The notes under the pieces were generated by a model. It saw nothing but the letters and a program-made list of their open reading frames with translations, had not been told where the DNA came from and did not search any database. From Paragordius varius (Eukaryota; Animalia; Nematomorpha), in NCBI GenBank assembly GCA_964247055.1, contig OZ176055.1:7936001-8000000 (forward strand): 64,000 nt of DNA, read 5' to 3'. A program made the translations under genes and the position numbers. Shown one piece after another: positions 50,501-63,880 of the stretch (positions within the stretch are counted from its first letter, which is position 1; each line of letters starts with the position of its first letter).

Positions 50501-53500
50501 TATTTGTTTTATATGTCAAAAAAATATATCACAATTGCACACCACTTTTAGACTGATTCATATAAATAAGTTAATTTGCCTCTGATAATATTTTGTTAGA
50601 TGTATCGATAGTAAGCAAATTTCTGACTACAATTATGCGAATAAATTAAAAAATGATCTTATTAAATGTCCTATTTGTGGTATTATCAAACCTAACATAA
50701 AAAGCCATTTAAAAAGTTGTTCAAAACGTTTTGATATTCCGTTAAATGATTTAGCTCGCATATATAACAATTATCAAATTGAGAAAATATCTATAAATTC
50801 AGATATAGAAACTCTTAGGACCAGGTTTAGATTTTAACTAAGTTTAGTTATAAACCTATTAAGAAGCAAAATAAAATCTCCACATCAAAATATGATTTTC
50901 AACTACAACTCGGTTTAGCACTTTCCAAATCCGAACAAATCTCTAAAAATACCAAAATCCATCGCAGTTTAATCGAAATTAAAATAGCCCGTAAAGACAA
51001 TTTGGAAAACAGATTAAATCTCTGTTTAGAAAACTCGTTACGCGCCAATCAATGGTGTCATAAGAAATTTTATGGTAGCGATCATATTAATAATATTTCG
51101 AATACATATTTTTACATATAAAAAGAGTTAGTTTACAACATAGTTTGTTGAAAAACATGGCAAGAAAATCATTAACATTCAATTTTAGTCTACCAGATTT
51201 GGATGATCCTATCTCACCTGCAAAAGTTGGCCCAAAAATTTATGCTAACAATGTAAACGAAATTATTGACTTGAATTCTAGCAAAAATACCACAATTTCT
51301 TTGGAAGAACCAAATGAAATGGGAGATGATAATTTGGTTTTTACGTTAAGTTTAAACAATAATCCTATATCATCATCAACCCCTAAACATATAAAACTTA
51401 TTAAAGCGAATCCACTTCAAAAATCAGAAACAACCACTATATTATGTCCAATTACACCACAAACTCCCAGGAGTATGAGAGTTCTTAGTAATAAATCTAT
51501 CGATATAAATGAAATTAATGAAACATCTATTGTAGAGTGTATATCTCCTTATATATCAAACACAAAGCCTCTTAACAATTCGAATGCGTCTGCAAATTCG
51601 TTAGAAAAGGAACAATCATTTAAAGTTTTATCGCCAACTGACGAATATTATGAACAGGATTATGCGGCTTATCAAGAAAGTTATCAATGTTATTACCCAA
51701 TTAATGTGTCAAATGAAATAAATTTTCCAAAGTCTCCAAATGAAATAAGTTTTAAAAATGATTCTCCTAATCAAATGCATAAAGTATTACCTGCAGAGAA
51801 TAAAGTGGTTGATAATATGGATGACATTGAAAATGGGACAGGCTCACATTGTATGGATATCGTAGAGATATCACGAAAGGAATATGAATGCGAAGTAGAA
51901 AATTTAGAATCAATTGATTATATATTGGAAAAAGCGTCTGATGCTTTGCAAAACAGCGATGAAAAGATTAATTCTACCTTAAATGAAATTTTAACCACTT
52001 CTGAAACAATAAATTTGGAATGTTATGAAAATTTTAGCGCATCTGTGTTGAAATTAAATCTTGACACGCCAATTAGTGAAAAAACTAAAGATAAACTTAT
52101 TAAAGTAAAAAGTAAGGAGCCCAAAAAAATTAGTCAATTGAAAAATAAAAAGAATGGTAAAATCCAAATAAACATAAATCCTCTGCCCATTCAAGCACCA
52201 ATACTCAAGAATAAAACCAAATATCACGTTAAATGTCAAACTTTATCGCACGCAGATTTGATAAAAGAAGCCCACAAATACGGCGTTAAAAAGTTAAATC
52301 AAACCCGATTGCGAGCTATATTAACCAATATTTACAATTATTTCGATGAAATAGAAACGGGTAAACAGTTTAAAACTAATAATACATCTCAAGAAACCTC
52401 ATTTACAGATTTAAATGCAAATCATGATAAGAATAAAAGGAAACGTTTATCCCAAGCTAAAAAACTAAGTAAAAAATCAAAATTACCAAATGCAAATATT
52501 ATTAATATAACTGATCCTATCTCCTGTATAACACCTCCCCGGCCTGCCTCAAAAAATACTTTTACTATTCAGAGTCCTCCAGATTCTGGCTTTATATCTG
52601 ATGCTTTTTTAACCAATAATTGCAAAAATCCCGACAATAATGTTGTGATATCAAATGAACTAATTGACAATCCAGACATAAGTGAAGATGATCTCACCGT
52701 TAATGCAATATCGCCTATTGAGCCCAAATCATTATATGAGGTAAGTTTCGAATATTTCTCATTGCTTAAATAATATTTTTGATGTGTTTGGTGTTTTTTT
52801 TATTTTGTTTGCGTTGATGGTTTTAGTTTTACTATTCATAAATATAATATGCAAAAAAACTTTACCGTTGATAATAAAATTTGTGTTTTTGAGTGCTGGC
52901 TTGCTTATCAAATATTTGTTATATTTGAATTTTTTGTACGGTCAATATAAAAATGCTCTAATTAATTTCGATCACCATTCAATTGTAACCGTAATTTTGC
53001 TTTGAAAAAATATTTTATCCTATATATAGTTTTACATATATTTGTGTACAGAGATTAGGGATTCAACACAGTCCCGTGACTCAAACTATAGAAGAGGTTA
53101 TCACATATGGCTCACAAACCAATTCTAATCAATCATTTTTTCACGATATGCAAAATGATATTGACAATAATTCTAATTCTTTAACCAGTAATCATCACCT
53201 TTTAACACCTACGAAAACTTTAAAAAATACCGGCAGCAAAAAACTTTTAGTTAAAAAACTTAGCGTAACCAATTCCATGCTTTACGAATATATTAAAGGG
53301 TCACCATTTTATACACGTATACTTAGGTATGAACCCATACCCTTTGATGAAATATATACGCATTTAAATGAAACCTATTTACCATCCCTTAAGATAAGTT
53401 CAACAAGAATGGAAAATAGCTTTTTATTACTCCAATCACCGGATAAATTTTATGTGTCTACTTCTCAAGAAAATAAAAAGAAAAAATTAATAGTAACTGA

Positions 53501-53633
53501 CATTGAATATCAGTATAAAAAATGTTGTAAGAATCAATTAATAAAATTTTTGGACTCTTACTGTATAATTTTTAAGTTTGATCAACCCAAAGGTTGGAAT
53601 CATAAACCTAAAACAGCACGACAAAAAAGATGA
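50481..53633 (+). CDS. SLX4: Structure-specific endonuclease scaffold SLX4-like
   Basis: Two UBZ4-like fingers (CFICQKNISQL...HINKCID; CPICG...SHLKSC), MLR-like DFQLQLGLALSKS, SAP-like LIKEAHKYGVKKL..LTNIYNY, and SLX1-binding C-terminus FYTRILRYEPIPFDE...LIKFLDSYCIIF. The junction near 51100-51150 is unresolved. Confidence 0.8.
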
Positions 53634-53799
53634 ATCTATGTGCATACTAAATGTTTTTTGGATTATTATTTCAAAGTATTTTATCAACAAATTTTTTTTT
53701 TTGTAATTATATACGAAATTTTATGTCATCCCGTGAAATTAAATTTTTATGAATAAATGGGGTATTATATATACGGATATTTATAATATTGTGTTTCAA

Positions 53800-54402
53800 T
53801 ACCATTTGCACTTCAAGATGGTTTTTTGACTTTTTTGGTAATCAAATCGCATATCATTCATCTATTTTATCGTTTTTTACCTATTTTCTATTATTTAGCA
53901 TAAATTTTAAAGCAATATCGACTTTTAATCATTTAGAAACCGTATATATTACAATTTAATATGTAATTAAAAATATACAAGTTTTCTGGGTTATTATTCA
54001 CAATTTTCATTGAAAACATTTAAAAGTTAATAATTTTGTTAAATTGGAAAAAAAATTGCTTAAAACAAAAAAGTGGTTTTTGAATAAAAATTTCCATTTT
54101 TAAATGAATAAATATAAATTAAAAAAAAATAGGTTAAATAATAAAATAAATGCAAATATTATGATTAAATTAAAATTTAAAAATTTTAAGGACCAATTGA
54201 AATGTTTAAGGACCAACTTAAAATGTTCAAAGACCAACTTGAAATGTTCAAGGACCAACTTGAAGTGTTCAAGGACCAACTTAAAGTGTTCAAAGACCAA
54301 CATGAAATGTTCAAGGATCAACTTGAAGTGTTTAAGGACCAACTTGAAGTGTTCAAAAACCAACTTGAAGTGTTCAAGGACACTTTTTAAGTGCAAATGG
54401 TA
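53800..54402. mobile_element. MITE (TIR TACCATTTGCAC) with ~9 tandem 21-bp repeats AAGGACCAACTTGAA(A/G)TGTTC
   Basis: Inverted ends at 53800 and 54402. The tandem array at ~54190-54380 explains the periodic ORFs 54100-54457. Confidence 0.75.
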
Positions 54403-56298
54403 TATATGCCAGCAAAGTCAAAAAAGGATGCTAAATCTTGTTTATTTAATTTTTTAGCAATATCATATTTGATTGTTTTTCAATAAAAATGTTTTAAAAA
54501 AATCGTGAAGAATTGCCAATAGTTATTTTAGTTTTACATTGGTTTTAATGAAACCTAAATTTGGTAAATGAGACTTGGCTGGCCGATGAATATCCTCATA
54601 TTCATGATCTAGGAATGATAATTTCAAAAAATATATTATTTTGATAAGTAAACCACCGTTTTTAATAATTGATAAGTTTTGATTTATCCTCTTAAAACCG
54701 CATAAGTTGTCAATTAGAGTGAAAAGGCTAAAGTGCCTTAAACGAAAGGATAGTATTTAATATTTTTTGTAACTTTTATTCCATGCAACAACTATTACGA
54801 TTGATGACCGGTGTGGTTAAATGTTGGAAAATGTGATTTAAATTTTAAGGTACAAACTAATTTTATTAATAAATTGTTAAATCCCGTAACATAATGATAT
54901 AAACGAAAACTAAACTGAAAATTAAATTATTAAGTAAACATACTAAATGATATGTGAAATCCTTCGTCATTATTGATCGCAAAGTAGTTTCATGCTTGTT
55001 AGTATACTTATCAGTTTCCAGTTTAAACCTTTTTAGTTTTCGTTTATAACACTATCTAACGGATAAAACAATTGTTAATACAAAAAATTATCAATCCGTC
55101 ATCTACCTTTACAATATCAAAATTAATTTTATATTATAATTGAAATAGGAGTTTGTCATTCTATCCTACATTTCTATAACCAAATATAAGGGATTGAAAT
55201 AAAAATGGCCCATTACTCTGGCTTAATCAAAATGGTATATTTTACAAAATGCAATATGTTTTTACTGAATTATACAAACTTATAACTTGACTTTTTTAAA
55301 ATTAAATAGGTCCCACATATTAATCAAAAAAATTATTTGCATTTTTTTAACGGAATGAAAATTCGGAGGCCTAACTTAACAATTAAAAGTATACGGATCC
55401 ACATTTCTCATATATAAAAAAGATTTTACAGTGCCGCTAGTATAGTTTTTGATTTGAAAAATACACCGGTTGTTTGGAAATTAGAACTGATTAGAGGATT
55501 TTAATCACAACTTTTTAACCATCTTGAGAAAAGCTTTATTAATACCGTAAATGATTTTATCTCTAAAATGGTTATATAAAAATTCGACAAATATGCATTA
55601 ATTTAAAAATCTTTCAATAAAAATTGATGAATATTAAAATTATTTTTATCCGAAATTAGTTGTCGAAAACCAGGTTAACTTTATTACATTTAATTATGTA
55701 CCCATAAAATATATATGAAAAACAACATAAAAAATGATTTTAAAACAAAATACATGTGCTAATAAACATAGGGATAGTTTAATATATTATTAAAATAAAT
55801 TTTTTGGCTAAAAATTTAATTAATACAATATTCTAAGGTCAAATGATTTAAAATTTAAACTTTGAGACAATTTCGAATTAATGAGAAAAAATGAGCACTA
55901 ACAATGTCATAAAGGATATAAAATTCATTTGTAGCCACTTCCAAAATTTTGGAATTATGGGGAGATATAATATATAACTTTGGTAAAATTTTGAGAATAT
56001 CGGCAACCCAAATAATTTATATTCACTAATTTTAGGAAAGTGTACAACTTTAGAATTAATCTGCTCGAATCTTAGACCATTATTATCAAGAGATTGTCTA
56101 ACAACCTTTTTTGAATTGAACAAAAATACATGAGATATGATTTGATTTTTATTGATTGAATTACCTTTGTAGATATACTAATAAATGAATATATAAATAC
56201 TTAAAATATACATATCCATTTGTTTGTTGATTATATTATCAAATTTTGCATAAACTGATTTTTATGTCCTTCAACAATTGCAAAAATGATATAATTTA

Positions 56299-56542
56299 AA
56301 GGGTGGCCAACACGCGGCCCTTGAGACTTTGTGTGCGGCCCGCGAAAATTTTGTATTGCATAATTTGCAAAAATATACTTATGTAATCTTAGTAAAATTA
56401 ATAATTCTTATTTTTTAAATAAGTTTATCCAGCGGAAAGAACGAGAATGTTAATTATTATTTTGCAGTCTTATGTTTGAAATCTATTAGATTATTTGCCT
56501 ATATATTTTAAATGCGGCCGGCGAATTCATTTGTACACCCTG
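56299..56542. mobile_element. hAT-like MITE remnant
   Basis: GGGTGGCCAACACGCGGCCC...GCGGCCCGCG at the left and GCGGCCGGCG...GTACACCCTG at the right. Confidence 0.45.
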
Positions 56543-56983
56543 ATTTGAAAGATACAAATAAAAAAAGGTTATTAAGTATTTTTAAACTATTATATAAGAG
56601 TGTACCAATTATAGAGCTTTGACATGATTATATAAAAAGTTGGTCTACAGAGCCGGTTCTTAAAAGGTTTCCCTAATTCGGGTTCTGTACATTTTTTCGG
56701 TAATCGGTTTTTTGAAAATTGGAACATGTTCCAAAACGGTATTTAAAATTTATTAAATATTTCCGGTTCCCATTGTGGAAAAACGGTTCCATCAAAGAAA
56801 CGCAATAACAGGCGGTTCTGGTTCAAAGCCCTGATACATAATGAAAGATGGAAAAATCCTAGGTATATTTAGCAAAAAATAAATATAAAATATTTTCTAC
56901 TGGTAAAATATTTTCCTATTTACTGTATATTTTACATTGTTAAAAAATATATTTATTAAAAAACTCTATTATGTGTTAAAAAA

Positions 56984-57339
56984 TTATCTATTAGTTTGAG
57001 CTTGCATTTGTAGCAATTCGAAAACTTTTTGCTTAATCCATATTTTATCATATGGAGCATATGTATTGGAAGAACTTTGAAATCTAAATGTAGACAAAAA
57101 ATTTACACTAAGCATCCCATATCATACAATGAGTCTATAAATTGATAAAGATCATTTAAATCATAAGATAAGGATTGAGAATATGGATTTTTTTCTTTTA
57201 AACATTCTTCATATATTTTGCATATTCCTACTAGATATATATTTATACCATCCATGCAGTTAGTGACTGATTCAAAATCAGCATAAGTTCGAGTTTGGCC
57301 TTCCTTGCTAAACTGCAAAAGAAGTATCGTGTGGGGCAT
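56984..57339 (-). CDS. ERH: Enhancer of rudimentary homolog, 3 exons
   Basis: MPHTILLLQ...TRTYADFESVTNCMDG|ICKIYEECLKEKNP...YDLNDLYQFIDSLYDMGCLV|FQSSSNTYAPYDKIWIKQKVF. Both introns are tiny; the first is 21 nt. Confidence 0.93.
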
Positions 57340-59192
57340 AATTTAAAATACTAACTTGACACCGAGAACATCTGTATAAATAAAATTTCTCATTTTTATA
57401 ACGCTTAACTACTTTATTTTATCTTTTGAGCATCTAAAATATAAATATTTGTAAACTTTGTTCCTTTGATATGTAATTTTAGCTTCAATAATGTTATCAA
57501 GGGAGATCTTAAAATAATTCCAAACTATTAAGTTGGATGCATCATTTTTTAACGCTTTAACGAAATTTTTTATAACGTTTTCTTGATATATCTAAACTAA
57601 TATAAACCAGGACATAGAATCAATTTATATAAGCTAAGGCTTAAGAAGAGTTTTATATAATCTCGGGGAGATAATATGCATTTAAGGTAATAAATCAAAT
57701 ATGCAAAATATATAATTTGTAGTTTCTAAATCTTACTAAAATTATTACTTTATAGAACATTTAATCTAATCTAGCTAGTTAAAAATTTTCCCAAATAAAA
57801 GCCTTAATTTTAATTTATATTTAGATAAATTATAATTTTATCATTGAATTTATCCTTGAAATATTGTCAAAACAACTTCTAATATATTTGCATGGGACTT
57901 TATTCAAATGCGACTTGTGGGTATTTGGCACAAAATCTTTTTTATTCAACAATTTTAACCATTTATTCTTCAATTTATTTATTTCGATATTCATTTTCTT
58001 CTGCATTTTCCAGGCATCAATGCCAATATCCTATATTTTGAAAGTATCTCTAAGACTGAAATAATTAGTCTGTATAAATCTTGTTACAATTAAGTATGGG
58101 TGCTAATTGGTTAAGCTGAATTTAAAAATATGCTTTCTTGCACTTGGCATTAATTAAAAAATAAAAAAAATCTTCATGATGAATTATTTTCCACCCATTT
58201 TTTCCTATAAATTTTTTAAATCTAATAAACAAACAAATGTATATTATGGCTAAAAATGTAATTAACTTTAGAAGCTATCAAGCTTCATTTGAACAGAAAA
58301 AACTTGAAAATTTCGATTTTAATATCATTAGCTGCCCCTTTCAATTTTGTTGAAGCTGCCCCAATTTTAAACTCTAGAAGTCACAAAAGTGTAAACAAAG
58401 CTTTTTATTTAATACATGAGACTCTTTCAAATATAATTAGAATTACTTTCAAAGTTTCAAAATTTAGCTCTGGGATGTTAAGCCCTAATATGTTAACTAG
58501 GTGAAAAAGTCATGAAGTGTTAAAGATAATGTTTTGTTTTTAAGTGGTGATAGACCCTGCATGACAAAAAATGGGCTTACTGTTTTTTTTAGCTAAAAAT
58601 GTTAAAAGAGAAAAACTTTATGTAATTATAAATGTGATATTTAACTATATAAGATAATACCCGAAATTTATTATAAAAATTTATTCATAGATTAACCGAG
58701 TTCATCCTTAGGCTGAAATATATGTATTATTTGTTATTTGCCAAGGATCATAATATTGTACATGCGGTAAAAGTCAAATTAATACCTTAAAAATTATTTT
58801 TAAAATATTTTTTGGACCTTAATTAGTTATACAAACATAGATGCCTGTTTTTGACAAGCGCATATAAATTTGCTTGATCATAAAGATGAAAATTTTAAAG
58901 GTTATAATTTCGATATATAATTAGGTAATCTGCTCAACAATAGCTATATTGTCCATGCTGCTGGGTGTAACTGCATTGGAAGAAGAAAATATCCTTATTA
59001 CTAACAAGACAATGACCAAAACAACTGTTAAACCCAATACTGTCTGGCCAATGGCTATTTAATTTTATAAATTTATATAATTTTAAATTTATAAATCATT
59101 TATAATGCAATATGGATCACATGGAATCAAATTATATTTATGCGTGAAAATAAATAATATTTATAATTTAATAATAATCTATAAATATTTTG

Positions 59193-59607
59193 TTAATATA
59201 GTGGTAATTGTTGTTGCATTTGATTCAGGATTGGTCTTGTTTGACCCATTGTCCCCAACAGTGGAGTAGTTGGTGAACGGGGTGATGTATAATATATTGG
59301 TTGTTGAGGATTACCTTGAACAATTTGCCGTTTGTTTCGCATTAATCGATTTATCAAGGTTTGAGTCAGAAGCGATCGTTTCCGCCTTTTCTTCCGATCG
59401 TCGCCATTAGAATCCAAGAAAGCTGCCATTTGAGCTATGGGAGATGGTACTACACTTTTTGACACGATATTCTTTGATGTTGAACGATGGTATGCACCAA
59501 CTTGATCACAAATGACAGCACTCAGGAGAATAAGGGAGATAATCTAAAAAATTAGATATAACATTGATATTTTTTACATAAATTCCAGAGTCACGTTTCA
59601 TTTCCAT
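59193..59607 (-). CDS. Putative secreted precursor with polybasic cleavage sites (~126 aa; 3' structure uncertain)
   Basis: MEMKRDSGIY|IISLILLSAVICDQVGA (34-nt phase-0 intron 59577-59544) followed by ...DDRKKRRKRSLL...RNKRQIVQ. Confidence 0.55.
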
Positions 59608-60100
59608 ATTCCAATTTTTAATTATATATTTAATTTGATCAAATTATAAAAATATAAAATAATTTTAACTATAGATAGAGTTAATGATGAAATATATTTA
59701 TTACATAGTAACGTATAGCCCAAGGGAATGTTAATTAGCCCACATAATATATGCATAGTTAGCTATTGACGTAATTAATGAGTATGATAAAAAAATGGGG
59801 AAATTATTGAAAAAAAATATTTAGTTAAGTTTTTAACTTTTAATATATTTCAAAAAATTAGAGAAACTACCAATTAAAATCAATATTCAACAAAAATAAT
59901 TAACAACCATATATAATTCTCTCAAGTAATTAAATACAAATCTGCTTAAAATGAAAACTATACAATGGTGAATATATTAATCTTACGAAAACAAAAAGGA
60001 TTTTTTTACCCAAATACAGTTTATTGTCCATTAGCAAATTAATACAGAAAATTTTATTGTGCATTGAGATGTAGTGTTGATAAGACCATATTAAAAACAG

Positions 60101-63100
60101 TTATGGTTGAGCCATTTTTGTCATAATCCATCTTGAGCGATTTTCTTTGAGGGCTGAAACGATACCTAAAAAATATATTTTTTAAATAATATTTCAGGAT
60201 GTTAAAGGCCTTTAAAATTAATTACTGTTGAATAAAGGGTCCAGCAAGGCTAGAGATTCGTAAAGAGGCATACAGACTTCAGTTAACCATGTTTCTTGAC
60301 CTTGAGGAATTTCTTTCTTTTTATCCCTATCCATCATAGGATTTAATTGATCAGTAAAAATTTGCTTTTCCAGATCGCCTTGGGTGTAAAATTCGGCGGT
60401 AACCAAATCAACAGCCTTTACACATATAACATAATATATTTTAGATAAAAATATATGACGAATAGGCTGGGAAAAATATCCGGATCTTAATTCTTTAAGC
60501 TAATGTTTAAAAATTTTATTTCGTTTTAAGCATACATATATAACTAAAATGCATTTATTTTATAAAGAAAAAATTAATAGATAACTGGGCTTTTAAAGAG
60601 GTTTGTGCATACCACCATTATTATGTTTAATGTAACATGAATGTCGTTTTTATAAATAGGTTCGTTGATTGGGAAATTAATTTTTTAAATTAAAATAAAA
60701 TTCATTAATAACGGACATTATAAATACAACTTTTATCATTTGTAAAACATGTAAAACTAAATCAGCTCTTTCACGTTTTAACTTATTCTTTCTTCGCTCA
60801 TATGCCGTTTCATCCCATTTGAAATTGGTGAAAATTCATTATACCTCTCTATCATGCCAAATGAATTCTTCTTACTTATAATATTTTAGATTTTTATGCA
60901 AATTTTATGAATAACCTTTTTCTGAATATCCCAAGCTTTGAATGAAGCCGATAAATCACATGCAGACATTAGCATCCCCATAAGTAATTTCAAATGATCC
61001 CCATTTTTGGGGTTAAATTTAACATTGCCTGTTTCCAGTGTCTCAGCATTCCGTTTTTCTTGTTTAACGCTTTCCTTAAGGGTAGATGGCGAAGGTGAGG
61101 ATAATTGAGATACGGTTGTTGCTTTTACCATATCAAAAAATTGTTGTCGAGTTTTGAAATGCACCGAGAGATCCGTTGCTAAGATAGCGACTTTGAGCAA
61201 AGAAATGACCCTTCTGTAATCCTCTGGTTTGAGATTGGCAAATATATTATGGCCTTCAGTATGCAAAATCATGATTGCCATATTAAAATGATGATATTCC
61301 ATGGTAGCTTCGCCACCATATAATTGCTCAAGCGGTGAATGTGTTCTACGGTTATCGACAAAATATATATTTATTCCAAAATAACTCTCGCTTAACATTT
61401 AAAAATATCGAGAAAAAGTTAAAAAACTACTTTATATGGTAGGCATTATTGAGTCCTCTGTGATCGAGATCATGGGAAAAACATGCAACAATTATAGCTA
61501 ACCAATCCAACGGTTCAAAGTATTGAGTTAAAATTTTGGAATTCTCGAGGTTGCATAAATGATTATAAAATATTTATTGAAAGATGAGAGTTATAGTAAA
61601 AATAAAATTAAACTAACTTTCATAATGGCATACATGGTTTGAGCAACGTTAAAAGCATGACACCAATTGTGATATAAAACTTTGCGATAATTTCTCCGGG
61701 TCGTTAAGATCCACCTACAAAGGGTCTATTGTGGCAAAAAATAAGATTAATATAATATACAATTCCAAGAGGTATTTAAAGGCCATTTCGGTATATTAAA
61801 TGAACAAGAGGATGTTTTGTTTGCTGCCGAGTATGCGATTTTTTTTAGTTACATATAATTAAACAATCACTGTATGTTTTCTCTAGACAATTTTGAAAAT
61901 GTAAGTAATAATTTACGAAAAATCTTATACATGGCAACATGCATGTAAAATCTTCTTTTAGCCATTTAAAATACCGAAATAGTCTATAAATAAACTCTCG
62001 TTACCATATACAGTATGCATTTTAATGGGTGCTAATTACTATAGTAGGGTAATTTGCATCACAGTGTGTATGGAAAAAACAACAAAATGAATAAACAATT
62101 ATTTCCTTTTTTCCATACACTCTTGTGTTGCAAATTGCCCCCTATTATAGTGTAAATTAAGCAACCATTAAAATTCTTACTACATATAAACCAAATTTTT
62201 AATTAACAATACCTCATAATTAATATTAAATTCTTCAATGAAATTGGCATCAATAAACATTCGCACAACGGCTTTAATCATATCGAAATCGTTTAAGCTG
62301 TAATCATCAAACATCAGATCCTCGATATTCAATTTTTTGGCTGAATCAATTTTAGCATACTGTTGCATATAGTATTAAAATCAAAAATATTGTTTTTCAT
62401 AAAGTGTTTTGTTTTCGAGAAAAAAATTGAATATTATATATGATGTTCATTAAAAATAATCTCTGCAAAAAAATATTTAATTTTTAAAAATGTAGGGGAA
62501 GGCTCGTAACAAACGTAAGTTTTAACCGAGTAATTGGCTATAATTCTTTAAGTTAACGTTTCTATCAGTTCTTTAAAAACGAAACCGGTTTAAGTCGCAA
62601 AAAAGGGAGCTTTCTCTGGTTCGCATTTTTGCATACCAAAGAGAATTCTAAAAAATTAAAACCAAGTCCCAACCCCTAAACCGCGGTTTAATATTTTTAT
62701 CAAAACCGTTGAGTTTATTGATTTAAACTCCGAGCTTTCGGTAAAAAGTTACACCATATATATGGGATTATAAATTTACGGTTAATCTTTGGACATCATC
62801 TTCTGGTGTGCGGACGTGATACGATAGAACCTGTAATACACATGAGAAAAGTTTTTGTTAAATAAAAATTCAGACTAAATTACGTATTTATATATATAAA
62901 AAGACGTTACTTCTAAAGCAACTGATTTCATTGCGTTGGTATCTGCCATTTGCAAATAAAGGATACTTTTATCATATACCAAACCACAAAATATACCAAA
63001 TATCTAAAGTTTTTACAAATAAACATAATAGAATATATTCTGACAATATTTAATTTTTCAGTGAAAAGTATTACTTTAAGTAATTGTTCATCATATTTGT

Positions 63101-63848
63101 CAAACTTCTCGTTGTTTAATTTATCACTAGCAAAAATGTGTCCTAAAAATTAAAAATTACAATATAATTGAATCGTTGTCAGAAATTAATAACATAAAAA
63201 TCTATACCAATTTTTTCTATTTTTCATAGAGTTTAACAAGCGTAAAAACTATACCTATATAAATTTTTTTCTTATTGATGATTTCGGTTCCAATACTGTT
63301 GGTTGATGTAGTTTTTGGTTTTCGTTTCCTCTAATACGGTAGTATTTTAGTAAAAAAAATTTTTGATTAAAAATTATAAATTTATTTTAAGATAAAGATT
63401 AAAAATAAGCTATATTTTTTTATAAAATTTATGTTTTTACAAAAAATTACCAAAGGCGCCGGTTCCAAATCCATGAAGAAGGAACGACTTGTTGTTAAAT
63501 TGAGTTCAAACAAATTTTTATCGCCTTTGCGATATTTAGATTGACAATATACTTTTTTTCTAAAGATTAAAATGATTATGTATAATTAAATCAGGGGTAA
63601 AAATGGCAATAATGGCGTTATTTGATGAATACGATGATTTAAAATGTTCTTATAGCGAATTTTATAGATAAATTAGATTTTCTCTTTATAAATTAAAAAA
63701 CTTAGATAACAGGTAAAATATTAATTTGCGTTTTGTAATTACCAAACAACCGTTAAATGGCAAAACTTTCAGACAGCGCCCTTTTTACAGAATAATCAAA
63801 TTAAAAATGTTTTAAAAATCAAACAAATGTATTAGGCTGGTATATCTA

Positions 63849-63880
<32 letters not shown>

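Noticed and set aside
54190-54380. Possible CRISPR-like array
   Set aside because: Units are contiguous with no unique spacers, there are no cas genes, and the context is eukaryotic.
54100-54457. Three overlapping heptad-periodic ORFs resembling coiled-coil proteins
   Set aside because: They arise from a 21-bp tandem repeat inside a MITE; they are open in several frames and on both strands.
55878-56123. 81-aa minus-strand ORF with a hydrophobic C-terminus
   Set aside because: No homology recognised and no supported start or splice model; could be real but unsupported.
57860-58600. Possible coding fragments, including a weak THAP-like string (WLKLLNKKDFVP)
   Set aside because: Lacks the THAP Cys/His ligands, and frames could not be joined consistently.
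12515-63875. Numerous (TA)n tracts
   Set aside because: Ordinary microsatellites in an AT-rich genome.
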